A DNA stretch of 63,996 bases, the filler included, from Atractiella rhizophila (Eukaryota), in NCBI GenBank assembly GCA_021432655.1. It is 5 parts of 5 records of this genome, joined end to end, with 100 filler letters (N's around TTAATTAATTAA, not from the genome) between each part and the next. Parts side by side here need not be neighbours in the genome. Positions count along the whole stretch, not along the records: positions 15,515 to 30,869 come from MU271934.1; positions 30,970 to 46,319 come from MU271935.1; 3 more parts are not named here. One strand, written 5' to 3'. A program made the translations under genes and the position numbers. Positions within the stretch are counted from its first letter, which is position 1. Each line of letters opens with the position of its first letter. Under the pieces are notes generated by a model. The model was given only the letters and a program-made list of their open reading frames with translations, was not told where the DNA came from and ran no database searches. Below are positions 24,746 to 38,680 of the stretch, one piece after another.

Positions 24746-26201
24746 ATGCCAGTTCCTAAGTTGCACAGGATTTTCTCTTCGAAATCACACAACCCATGGT
24801 TCAACCTTTCCTTTGAAGATTGGTGCTTTTCTCTTCCTCTGAAACAAAGTATCTTGTGAAACTCAGTGTGATGCTCGCAAATTTTGCAGGCTCTTCCGGA
24901 AATCGGACCCATCTACCACTATTCTCTACATGTACAGAAATGACCCCTGCGTTGTTATTGGTCGTAATCAAGTCAGTTTGTTGCTTTAGTCTTCTTTTGC
25001 TCCAGATAACCGACATTCTATAGAATCCATGGAAAGAAATTGATCTACGCTTACTCTCCAAACTCAATATTCCCTTCATTCGACGCAAAAGTGGTGGAGG
25101 AACTGTTTACCACGTCAGTGCTTTGTTTTTTCTCCTTGCAGCAGCACTAACTGTTCTTGAAGTAGGATTTGGGAAACACGAATTATTGTGTCCTCACTTC
25201 CAGGGCCAGGTTTGATCGAAACACGAATGCAGAGATGGTTGCACGCGCCCTGAAAAAAAAGTTTGGTATTCAAGCTTTCGTGAATGAACGGCACGATGTC
25301 TGCGTGGAGCAATTCAAGATAGGTCCTTCGTCGCTTCTTACTTCATGATACTTATCTACAGTTGTTTGCCTTCATCACGTCTCCGGATCAGCTTACAAGT
25401 TGACGACGCAGAGGGCATACCATCACGGCAGCATGCTGCTCCATGCCGACCTCTCTTCCTTACGTGGTCTCTTGTCGCCGCTTCGGGTGCATTCTTCCTG
25501 TGTTGTCCCATAACTAGCCCTGTAACTTATACTATTCTAGGATCGGATAACAACGAAAGGCGTACTCTCCGTCTCTTCCAAAGTCACCAACCTCCGGTCG
25601 TACAATCCACAACTAGACCATGACACATTTGTTTCCGCCGTTGCGGACGAGTTTAGAGAAACCAATGGCACAGATGACAAGATCTTGGTTTGTTATTTTC
25701 TTTGCTGGGCGGAATCATGGTTACGAACCAGGAATACAGGAGGTCGACGAAACTTGTCTCCCAGAGGGATCAGAAGAATACATTAATACAACTATTCAAG
25801 AGCTTCAGGTGAGCCCATTTCTTGACAAATGATATTCCGATTGAAGCTGGTAGTTAGAGTTGGGAATGGCAGTATGGTCAAACACCAGAGTTCACGCATG
25901 ACTTCCATCATGACAACATTGTATGCACACTTATTCCCATTTCACTGCTGAGTATTGCTTAGCCCTTCTGTAGGAAGTACGGCTAACATCAAAACATGGC
26001 CTCATTACCGCCGTCGATGTCAAGCCGGATACTTCTTATGCCCTCATTTCAGCACCTCCTCAGATGAATGATAAAATGCCAGCTCTAGGGGACGAGCTTG
26101 TCGATATATTCGTGGGGCAACGTTACGGGGAACGCCTCCAGAAAGTACCTGACACTCCATCGACGAAAGATATTGTAGATTTTATCTACAGCAAGATGTA
26201 G
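24746..26201 (+). CDS. AIM22: Lipoate-protein ligase A (Aim22/Lip3-like); start uncertain
   Basis: SHNPWFNLSFEDW, VVIGRNQ/NPWKE, IRRKSGGGTVYH/DLGNTNY, VNERHDV, SGSAYKL...AYHHGSMLL, WEWQYGQTPEF, ending DFIYSKM*. Confidence 0.9.
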
Positions 26202-26709
26202 GAGCCATATAGCGAGCTGGAATGAAGAGCCTTCCTTGAACCACGCCAGAAGGCTGAATATGTGCGTGTGAAGAAGCGCGTAACACCGTGTCAACAACCG
26301 TCCTCGAAGGCTCTAGAGTTGAACGGACAGCAGCTCCCTTTGCGAAAACATTTGATCACATTAAAAATGGAGTCCGAGCATAAAACTACTGGGTCCTGAG
26401 CAAAGTAGGTTCAACATTCTGCTTGAAAACCTCTACCTTTCTTGTTTCAGCTCGATTAGAGTGGGAGCTCTAGTTCGTGATAGGATGGGACCTGAGTCCG
26501 ACCAGAAAGGGGATCAGAACATTGAGAGGGACTGCTACTGCTGCTGTAACAGAGTAATCTGCTTTGATGACAATCCCCCAGTAGTCTACCAGCGTGGGGC
26601 ATAAATCTTTCATAGCCAAACTCAATCACAGGGAAACCATTCCACGAAGATAAATATATCACATACGGACACGACGGCTTACAGTGAAGAAAGGATGGAA
26701 GAGGTGGCA

Positions 26710-27894
26710 TTATTTCTTGACTAGTCCAAATTTCATCGCCAGCTGCTTCTTCTTCTTCTTCTTCGCTCCACCTCCACCTCCACCGAACGTCACACCCTCC
26801 ACCACCTTGCGAGTTTCATCATCTAACAGTTCTGCCGCCTCCGGCTCCACATCTGCCAGCTTGCGTTTAACTGATATCGAAGTCATGGTGGCTGAGATAA
26901 TAGAGGGTTCTGTTGAGGTTGAGGTGGTAGCAAGTGGTTCGGCGAGCGGCTCCTCGTCGAGTTCGATTTGCGGTAGGGATGGAGGGGCACTGGAAGGGCC
27001 AGGCTGTGGCTGATCAAGCTTGTAGAACACTCTCCGCACCTCCTCGTCAATCTCCTCCTCTTCCATCTTCTCCCTAATCAAACGCATCGCCTCCTCTCCC
27101 TCCCTCGCAATCAGTCCTCCTTTCTGCAAGCTCTCAATAGCAGCATCGATATCCCCTCTTCCCACCTTCTCGCGTTTTGAATTCCGACTTTTGATTTCCA
27201 TCAACTTGTCCAAAATGTCCATCTCCCTCTTAGATTCTACTGTTCGATCCTCCAGAGCTGCCATCGGATTGTCAAGCCCTGCAGCATTCGGACGATCCTT
27301 CGCTTCCTGTGCCAACTCTTCAGCTTCAAGCAAAGCAAGCTTGTCCTCCTCCGTTGCCTCCTCTTCCCGCCATGGCTCGAAGTTCCTCTGCGCTCCATGC
27401 TCGGCGGCATAGTCTGTGTTCTTGGGATCCGTCTTGAACGTTATCTCGGCGGAACAGCGCGTGCATTTGATGTAGAACTGATATTCGCGGCACGCAAATG
27501 CCGGTTAGCATTGAAAGGAAGGGAGGAGTGGGAGGACGAACACGAAAGATCTTGATGCCGTAATACGTCTCTCCATGCACGGTCTCCTTGCGCGCGTTGA
27601 ACTTCTTGCCCTTATAGACGTATTCTCCACAAGTACTATCCAACGTTCATAGCACTTAGCACCTCGCTTGGTCCCATAAAGCAGAAGAAGAGGTGACTTA
27701 CTTGCAACGCATGCTAAATGGAGCCATGAGACGTACAACCTGTTGTCTCTCCTTCCCTAACTTTCGTCGTGGGATTTTCGTAGGATCAAAATCCGGAGGG
27801 CTGTATCGCACGCAATCACAGTTAGACCGACATGTTCCCTGAGTGCAGAAGGAGAGACACACAAGTATTTGTTCAAAACCTTTCGCTCGGACAT
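26710..27894 (-). CDS. YJU2: Splicing factor Yju2/CWC16/CCDC94
   Basis: [68 protein letters not shown], across several introns. Confidence 0.95.
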
Positions 27895-28010
27895 CTTGGG
27901 CTAAGCTAGTCGTCGAGACAGTGGATTTTCTGCAGGGATCGAAGAGGCGCAATTGTGCTTTGAAGTGGTAGACTGGTCGAACGGATTGGTTGGTGGCAAA
28001 GGTTTCGATG

Positions 28011-28017
28011 TCACGTG
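28011..28017. promoter_or_regulatory. TCACGTG (Cbf1-type E-box) upstream of MET17
   Basis: Exact match ~480 bp upstream of the MET17 ATG in the YJU2/MET17 divergent promoter. Cbf1 sites regulate MET genes in budding yeast; function here is inferred. Confidence 0.3.
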
Positions 28018-28467
28018 CACACCTTTGGACCCATCCCGAACTTCATGGGCAGCTTGAGCTGGTTCAAGGCAAAGATTTCCTGTCTGCGTGATGAGACAAT
28101 GTCCAGGCGCTGCTTCTCCCCGTCACGGGTCCTAGGAGTGGCGCTCACAGCAAGCCCACAGATTCATTGTTGCTGGAATGCCCGTTCATGGCCTTGATTC
28201 TCTCTGTTGCCGTCAAACAGACTCCTTTATCAGGCCTTTTACAAGACGAGTATCCAGTGGATATTCGTATCAGAACGGTGCTCAGTCTATTCTCTAGCCT
28301 TTAAAAAGGGCCATGCTGGTCACCGTGGCATCAAAGATATCTAAGACTCGCCATCCTGTCCCCTCATTGCACCATTTGCATCCATTTTGCAATAACAGCC
28401 ACTTCTTAAAAGCAGAACACTGTGTTCATTTCATTGTCATCGTTCCGTGATCTTTACCTAACCCTGA

Positions 28468-30312
<1,845 letters not shown>

Positions 30313-30869
30313 AGGTTCAGATGTCATTCATATGCGAATAGTGTATCCCGTGTTGTGACAATAAACTTACAGTCTTGCAAATACTTAAATTACTTCTGAA
30401 TATCCTTTGCGTCTGCTGAGTTCGCACAACTTATCACATTTTAATGAAATCGGTCGAAACTTGAAATGTATGACCACAAAGTGACATTAGAAAATCACAA
30501 GCTCTGGTGGTGGTTGTGCTCCGAAAAAGTGCCTTTGAGAGTAGACCTTCGACCTGCGAAATTGTAGGGAGGGTACCCAATCATCTTCAGGTCTAGCAAG
30601 CGTGAATTTGGAGGGACAACTTCTGCTATCATTGCCGCTTGAACATTCGCATTGTGATTTCGTAGAGTGTTGGCCGCAATTACTCCAAAATTGTTGAGTC
30701 CCTAAAGGCCATCATGGAACACTGATAAACAACACGAAGAATATGCTATTCCCTTCCCCATCCGCGCCATTCCGCCCAGTCTGTTTTTGTTCTCTGAAAA
30801 TGCATGAAGTTTCAGGCCGTCAGGCATTAGATAGATACCTCCAGTACAACATCACAACATCTTCTCTCC

Positions 30870-30969
30870 NNNNNNNNNNNNNNNNNNNNNNNNNNNNNNN
30901 NNNNNNNNNNNNNTTAATTAATTAANNNNNNNNNNNNNNNNNNNNNNNNNNNNNNNNNNNNNNNNNNNN
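30870..30969. other. Artificial contig linker
   Basis: N44-TTAATTAATTAA-N44. Confidence 0.98.
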
Positions 30970-31029
30970 GGGACGACACTCCCGTCGTCCAGCGTCCAGC
31001 TGAGCTGTCAATTACCTTTATCCCAGGCC

Positions 31030-34000
31030 TAGGGATGGCTGTCGCACCGGCTTTTCCGGTAGGACGACTGTCCGGGACTGGTGCGTCTACCGACCGTCAG
31101 AAGGAAAGGAAGACGACGAACGAGACGGTGACGAGACGATAATATCATCGTCCCGTCCGTCACAAATCCCACTGGACGACGTTTTCCGGTAGGACGGTTC
31201 CGTTATTGCAAGGGCGAGGGATTGTTAAATGCGTCACCAGGACTTGCGTTTGTCAACCCTCACGCTGTGCAACCTCAGTATGTATGTTCTTCCCTCCTCT
31301 TGGTATTCGGGTGAGTCTGAGAAGTTTCCAGATCTGCTTTGTTGGGTTCTGCTCGGCACGTCAGTGCCACTGGACACGGTATGGGGAGAGGAGTCTCGTC
31401 CACTCTCGTGCTGATCATGCAAGACGGTACGCTTCAGATGATGTGTGATGTGTGAGTGTTTTGTTTCACCAGTTTTCCTGATCAGAAGATTCAAAGGCTG
31501 ATCCTGTTTCTTAGATGTATGAAAGAAGATGTGCTTGCCCTCTGCAATGTTGATTCAAGCTCGTCCGGGCCTTTTGTTCCACTGATGCTATAAAATGTCG
31601 CACCTCCACAACTTTCTTTGGTATCCTAAGTTAATCTATTCAAGATGGACACGCCAAAAGCAACAAGGCAGAGATATCTAACTGACATGGTCAAGAAAAA
31701 TAATGAAGACGGCACAGCTTTGAGTGACCGGCTCAAGAGGAAACAGCAGCAGAATGAGTTTGTGTTCCCTCTTCGATATCAGTATTCAACTGCTGATAGC
31801 TCTTCTCACCCATGCAGGCTAGCAACTATCCCCGGCTATGATTATCTACAGCTTCTGTTCGCTGCCTCGCATACAATGAAGAAACACGACAACCACGTTT
31901 GTCTTTCTTATCTCACACTTTCTCTCTGTCGTCCATTCAGGAACAAGCGTGATGCTAATGCCTATCCTGTTAGACCGACTCCTCGCTCTTTAAAAAAGCT
32001 TCCTCACTTCTCCAAAATCTCAACTCTTTATCAGAAGATGACGAAGATCCATTCCATTCTGCATTCTCTGGCTGGAGACCAACAGCATCAGATACCGGTT
32101 TTCAACAGGGCATCAAAGCCCTCCGTGCTGTCTGGGATGGACTGATAAATCTGAATGGATCACAGTCCATGCCCAAGGTCTTGCTCGACGTTCGCAAGGG
32201 ATATTTGTGTGCGGCTGCTCAGCATATTCATGTGGCTTTGGCTAGTGAAGGCCTTGTGGATCACGTAGGAGAAGATGTCACATTTCAAGACGAGTCTGAG
32301 GATTCTGACATAGTCAGAAAAGACAATGAAGCGGAACCTGACGCGATGGAGATTGACAATGATGAGGTTGCAGATAATTTGCAGAAGAAGCAAGAGCCAA
32401 AACGGAATAGGAAGAAACGGACAAAGGTACATTTTAGCCTGGTGCTTTGCCAAATGACCTGAGTGCTGACATAAGTTGCAGGTCACTCATGTTCATGTTG
32501 AATCGGATGCAGAACAACCTGTAGCAGTCTCCTCGTTCAAAGCGAGCCATGAGATGCCTCCCTCACCAAAGAAGAAGGTATGTACTTCCTCTCTGTTCCC
32601 TTCAATTTGTTCTGCTTCTGTTGTCTCACATGTAATACAGTCAAAACCCATTGTGACACGAGCTGTCATTCTTCATTTCTACCAGAAGACTGCTGTGGAG
32701 AAGGCAACCCCTGCACTTCGAGCAAAACATCAGAGAGGCGATGCGTACTTTCAATGCACTCACTGCCCGCAAATTCTCCGTGTCTCGAAAGCAAGTAATC
32801 TCAACTACAAGGGGCTCATCAAACATCTGTCCGATCTGTCAACCAATCATCGCAGGTCTTTGGCACTGTTTTACGAACTCATCAAGAATAAAAAGGACAA
32901 TGGGTTGGAGATTACGCAGGAGGATCTTGATAAAGCCAGCGGAAAGATCAAGGTCCGTACTGCTATCTCAGTTGGATTTCTGACAATCAATTGATGGCCG
33001 GCTGTAAAGCAGATCACAGAAGCTGACGGCAAGAATGCTCTTTTAAAAACTGAGCGTATTGACCAGATCCTGAATCGCTTGGAGCAGAAGTACAGTTCGC
33101 AAGTGTGCGATCCTTTCTGTGCAAAAGCTCCTTCGCAACAAATTAACAGCCCTTATAGCAGTTCGATCAACAGACATTTGATAGCCTCCTTCAAAAATTC
33201 GTTGTGTCTACCGATCAGCCTTTCTCACTCTCGGAAAACCTGGAGTTCAGGGAACTCATCAACTATGTTCATTGGACCCGGTCAACAATAACGGAATTCA
33301 AGGCACAAGCGGCAGACAGAGCGTCTGTACCAGATTTGAAAGATGATAAGAAAAAGTTGGAGTTCCCAACTCGAAAAGTTATGAAAGAGAGGATTATGAG
33401 GACATCGGAGGAGAGGATGAATGATCTGGGAAGGATTCTGCGTGTGAGATCCTCATCTATTCGTGGGTTTTCCAGCCAGGTTACTGATCAAGTCTTCAGC
33501 GTATGAATACAAAGGTCCATATCTCCTTGGATGCCTGGACATCCACACCGTCCTTTTACGCTTTCCTGGCCATCATTGGCCACTTCATCAATGATGATTG
33601 GGAACTAGAGGAGTTATGCCTCGACTTTACGGAGCTGCTGGGTAGCCATACTGGAGATAACATGGCTGAAATTGTGATGAAGTGTTTGGACCGGTATGAG
33701 ATTGCACATCAGGTTTGTCCTTTCTTTGAGATACATCTGTGCTACTACTCATGCTTTGTATAAAGCTTGGAATCATAATGACCGACGGTGCAAGCAACAA
33801 TAATACTCTTGCTAGTGGAGTTGCAAACCGTCTTGGAAAGAAGGGGCTGTATTTTGACCCAGATGAACGGCATTTGAACTGTATGCCACACATCATTCAT
33901 CTTGCCGTCATCGCTCTTCTGGATGCCTTGAATGTCTGGCCAAAGGATGCAAAGAAACCAACGGCCAGTTATCAAGAATGTGTTACAGCAGAAGAGGGGA

Positions 34001-35663
34001 TGGATGGCCAGTTAGGTGAAGAGGAGCTGACAGGTGAGGATGTCCATGTATCGGGGCTCAAAGGAGCTATTCCAAAGGTTGTTCTTTCATTCCATTGCAA
34101 GTTTTCACATGAGCTAATACAAGTGTCTAGCTTCGAGCGATGATCAAACATTTACGGAGTTCCTCCCAACGGCGGAAAAGCTGGTTGGAGTTGTTGGAAG
34201 ATTCACTCAAGACGCTTGAGGATATGTCTGGAGAAACATTAAGGATGCTGATTCTGGATGTGCGCACACGGTGGGGCTCAACACACAATATGCTAGATCT
34301 AGCATTAAAGTGTCGTGAACCGCTGAAGGCATATTCCGACCGACATGATCTTGATTCCCTTGCGCTGACAGAGAAGGAGTGGAAAGGGATTGAATTGGTA
34401 TGCTTATTTTCATGACTGAGAGCCACATAAGTCTCTTGCTGATGTATGTGACAGGTGGCTGAGTGGCTTGAGGTCTTTCGGCATGCAACATATGATATGT
34501 CCATGACGAATAACTCTTGTCTTTCACAGACAGTCGGTGTATTTAACGGCCTCCTTGATCATCTCGAAAAGTCAATTCGGCAATTCCCTACCAACATGGA
34601 TGTAAAGTACCGTGGGGCACTAGTAGATGCTTACAACAAGCTCGCAGTATGGCATCTGAAATCTGACGCTTCTCCATACTTAGTTTATTCTGTTTGTAAG
34701 TCTTCAGACTGTGTTGCTACTGTGGCTGAAATTGTTGGCAGTTCTGGACCCCCAGATGGGCATCAGATACTTTGATTTACCAATCTTTTCCGACTCAGAC
34801 CGGAAAGCAATAGAGAAACATAAGGAGAATTTCTCTCATTTGTTCAAAGTAGAGTATTTCACCGCAGCTACAGTACCACCTCCACAAAAAGAGTCCGATC
34901 AAGCTGAATCCAAGAAGAGGAAGCGTCTCAACCTTGCGGCGGCTCTGATAGAAGCACATTCAAGTGCAAGTGTTTCTCGGCCGCAAGATCTGGCACAAAA
35001 GGAGCTTGATTATCTCTTCCGGCATGAAAGGCTTCCCTGGGATTGCAATCCGCTTCAATTTTGGAAAGAAGAGTCTGAGAAGAATCTTCCAAACCTTTCT
35101 CGGATGGCACGGGACATTCTTTCTATTCCAGGTATGCGCATGCTGTCATTCCAAATGCCAATGGGCTGCAGCACTCATAGATGATCTTAGGCAGTGCCGT
35201 CGCCGTTGAACGCATCTTTTCTAATGCACGCGATACTATTGGCATCCGAAGGGCTCGATTGGATCCTGAATCCATCCGAGCTCTGATGTTTCTTAAAGTC
35301 TCTCTTCGGGTAGAACAGGAGAAAAAGATAGCGAAGCTCAAACAGGAGATAGAGAAGACAATGAATTCTGATGTGCAATGTGAGGCTGCTTGATATTCCT
35401 TCTCATCTTAAATTTTTTTGGTTGGTTTCTCACATTGCATGGATCTTCCGAGCTCAGAATTACTGTTTTGACAATGCAATGACACTGATATCACATTTTC
35501 CCCTCGTCCTTTAACCGTCCTCACCGTCCTTCTTCGTCCCGTTCTTCAAACCGCCCAACCTTGATTGTCAAGGACGAGGCCTGGGACGGGATGAGGACGA
35601 TGAAAACCTCGTCCCGGCCGGAAACTCAAAAGCCGGGTAAGGACGGGACGATAGCCATCCCTA
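31030..35663 (+). mobile_element. hAT-superfamily DNA transposon (~4.6 kb)
   Basis: Inverted termini TAGGGATGGCTGTCG / CGATAGCCATCCCTA (15 bp, 1 mismatch; resembles the Ac TIR TAGGGATG). Subterminal GGACG/CGTCC motifs at both ends; TTTTCCGGTAGGACG twice on the left. Encloses a hAT transposase. No 8-bp TSD seen. Confidence 0.9.
31645..35393 (+). CDS. hAT transposase, multi-intron
   Basis: BED-like finger (FQCTHC...KHL..H), TDQPFSLSENLEFRELI, ISLDAWTS (D1), MTDGASNN (D2), CMPHIIHL (CxxH), DVRTRWGST, and dimerisation region PLQFWK...PNLSRMARDILSIPG/SAVAVERIFS (E). 5' exons approximate. Confidence 0.92.
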
Positions 35664-38229
35664 GCAGCCAGGAGGCAAGGATTCAGCCAGGATCTCATTC
35701 CTGACAGTGGCAGGGTTGAACCCTAAAGTACTGTTAGTAGAACCATCAGTAAATATATGAAGATCAGTCCTGTTGTTAGCAATCTCGTTGTATGCCTGGT
35801 TTGGCTGCTACTAGGAAGGAGGCGGAGATTTCTCATTCTTAGCCAAATGGTAGGAGTAGAAGAATCATGGTTTCGTGGAGTGTGACAGCGAGAGCGGTGT
35901 CCAGTGGTTGTTGAAAACGAAAACATGAGGAGGGGAGATGGTAAGGAATCAGATAAGGTAACGATTTTTAGACTAGGATCCTCACGTCAAGCACATCTCT
36001 GTCCTGATCCCTCTTTGATCATTTGGAGCATTCGCATCGTTCCCGTTAGCTGCCGAAACACCAGGGCCTAATGTTCCATTCTCTAGAATGAGATGAATGA
36101 TGGTGAAAACTTTGAAGGATGCCATGCCCACTGATGAAGGAGCTGTTGTTGCTGGTCATTCCAGTCATTCCGCTCTTAATCGATCCATCAACGAGGCGCA
36201 AGTTGTTGGCGGAAGGACACTGCTGAAGCGTGGGCTCGAATTTGGTCACTCCTAATGGAGGGAGGAATTCATCGAATTCAGGAGGTTGAACGGATTAGGT
36301 GAGTCTCCATGCCATGGTGCTGAGGCATTGGCTGTGTTCGCACCACCAGTCGCTTGTGAGACGTTGGAACAGACTGAAAATGAAGTTTGACGCGACATGC
36401 AGGAGTTCTTGATCCTAGTTAAAGTACTTTGAAAGTGGTCATCTACTTGGTGGCTGGAAAGGTGAAGTAGGACGTGAACTTGACATGATTCCTGTGGCTT
36501 GGCTTGACGTTAGTCCAGAATTGATAGGTCTTTGTAGGGAAGGGAAGAGGACTTTGGGTTCGATGTCAAATCTGGCGGTTTTGGAGTATATCGAATTGGA
36601 ATCTTTGAAACCCTGGATCAAAGAAGCACACAGGGAATCGATCACAGAACACGCACGTATCACTTAGCCTTTCTTATTATATAGGCTTCCGAGCTTTGGA
36701 ATTCATATAGTATCTGAGCTAGTTGCTGCCAGATCTATGCCTACCTCGATACTTCCACATGAGAACAAAGCATTCTAACACGCACGTACGAGAGGTAAGT
36801 CATTCATCCCTTCGTACGAGGTCTTCTTCCCCGCTTTTCGTACAGAGCTACGCTTTCTACAGCACCACATAGGGTTTCGTGGGATATGGCCGTGACCCTT
36901 TCGTACGAGACAGCATAATCCTTCGTACGAGAGAAATAACCTTTCGTGCAAGACAGCGAGGAAAGGGCATTTCACAGGCGACTACGAGGACTCTATTACC
37001 GATTGAGATTGCACTATTTCTGCTACTTGTAGTGTTAGGCGAGTTCTCATCTTTGGAGAACGGTGAACACCGAGGCTAGAAGCACACTGTGGGCAGTTAT
37101 CCCATTCAAGTCTTTGTTACGTGGACACATTGTAGTCAATCAAAGAGCCAAAACAGGATAAGGCTTAGAGTTACGGTTCAGGCCAAACGTGAGCAAAATC
37201 GAGGTTTCTACTCTGTTGAGAGTATAAAAGAAAAAGGTCGTGGCTACACTGTGAGCTGTCAGGGTTAGCCGCATATTGTGTTGTTCGTGGTTATGTCGTT
37301 AATGAAACCTTCCTCACTTGCTCTGTGGTCACTTAAGAGGTGTCTAGAGGCCTGGGTTCAGAGCAATGAGTCTTTAAAAGGGCACTAAAGATTTTTGATT
37401 TCTGCAAATCAAAATTCGAACTTTTTTTGTTTTTCTGATCCCGGGATTGACACAGATAACCCCGAAACGATAAACCGAAGTAAGGATTCAGCCAGCATCT
37501 CATTCCTGACAGAGGCAGGGTTACACCCTAAAGTACTGTTAGTAGCTGCATTCATAAATCCTCCATTAGGCACATTCAACATTATTGACAGTTCTACTAA
37601 AATCACCATCCACATGTTGGCCGATCTGTTTGATATCTTGCCCAGGGTTAGGGATGAAGGTGGGACCAACATCAACAGGAGAGGGCAGAACCATCAGAGT
37701 CCAACAAAGTGGGACTCCAAAGCGAACCAAGACGAAACACTCCCAGTGTAGCTTCTCCCTTCTTGATATGTTCACTTCCAACAGTAAATAACTAGGAGCA
37801 AGAGGGGGAGGAGTGATAGTGGGGTGTGAGATGATGGGTTTCACCAGAAGACAAGACTGGCTAGATCCTGTTTTGCTAAGGCTTCTTCAGTTCTGGTGAT
37901 GGTGAGGGCTCTTTGGGAGGTGCTCTGGGTGGTTTATAAGTGAAGGAATTGATGGGGATTGCCCATCACATCATGCAGAGTTGCTATCTGCGCTTCAGTG
38001 TAGGCTGAGGTTCTTTCTTGTGTTTTCTTTATTCATTGCAGTGTTGAGTCCTTATGTGGAAGGAAATAGGGTGGAATGTGGTCTTTGTGGCGCCTTTTTG
38101 GTCGCTCAAAGGGTCCTGACACCCCCTCTATGGGCTGTCTCTCCTGTGTTTCCCTGTTCCTCAAGATGAGGCGGCAACGCATCATATGCTTTTTGTGCTA
38201 AATGGGGATGCTCTAGATGATTCAGGGCG

Positions 38230-38560
38230 GTCATGGAGAGTCCTGAGGCGTCTATTCCATTCCTTTTCGATGGCAAAGTGCTGTGGGATCACTATTTTTT
38301 GCATCATTTCATCAGCAGGTCTCCTGGTCTTAAGTGGATGGTGCGATGATTTTAATTGATCATTAGGCTAACAGGTGGAACTCCTGCATTTGTAAGCGTC
38401 ATGGAGAGTCCTGAGGCCGTCTATTCCGCCCATTTTCGATGGTACAGTGTTGTGGGATCCCTATTTTTTGCATCATTTCATCAGCGGGGCTCCTGGTTTT
38501 GAATGGATGGTACGATGATTTTAATTGATCATTAGGCTAACAGGTGGAGCTCCTGCTTTG
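38230..38560. repeat. Tandem duplication, two diverged 168-bp units
   Basis: GTCATGGAGAGTCCTGAGG at 38230 and 38398; shared TTTTTGCATCATTTCATCAG and GATGATTTTAATTGATCATTAGGCTAACAGGTGG. Confidence 0.9.
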
Positions 38561-38680
38561 TGGGGCGTACACATTGCTCCACTGCGTTGATTTGTGGCCG
38601 AAAATTCAGCCTGAAAGGCTGTGAGGAGCTTCTACTAAGCTGCATAAGCGATGGCCCCATATGGCAGGGGGAGAAGGGTA

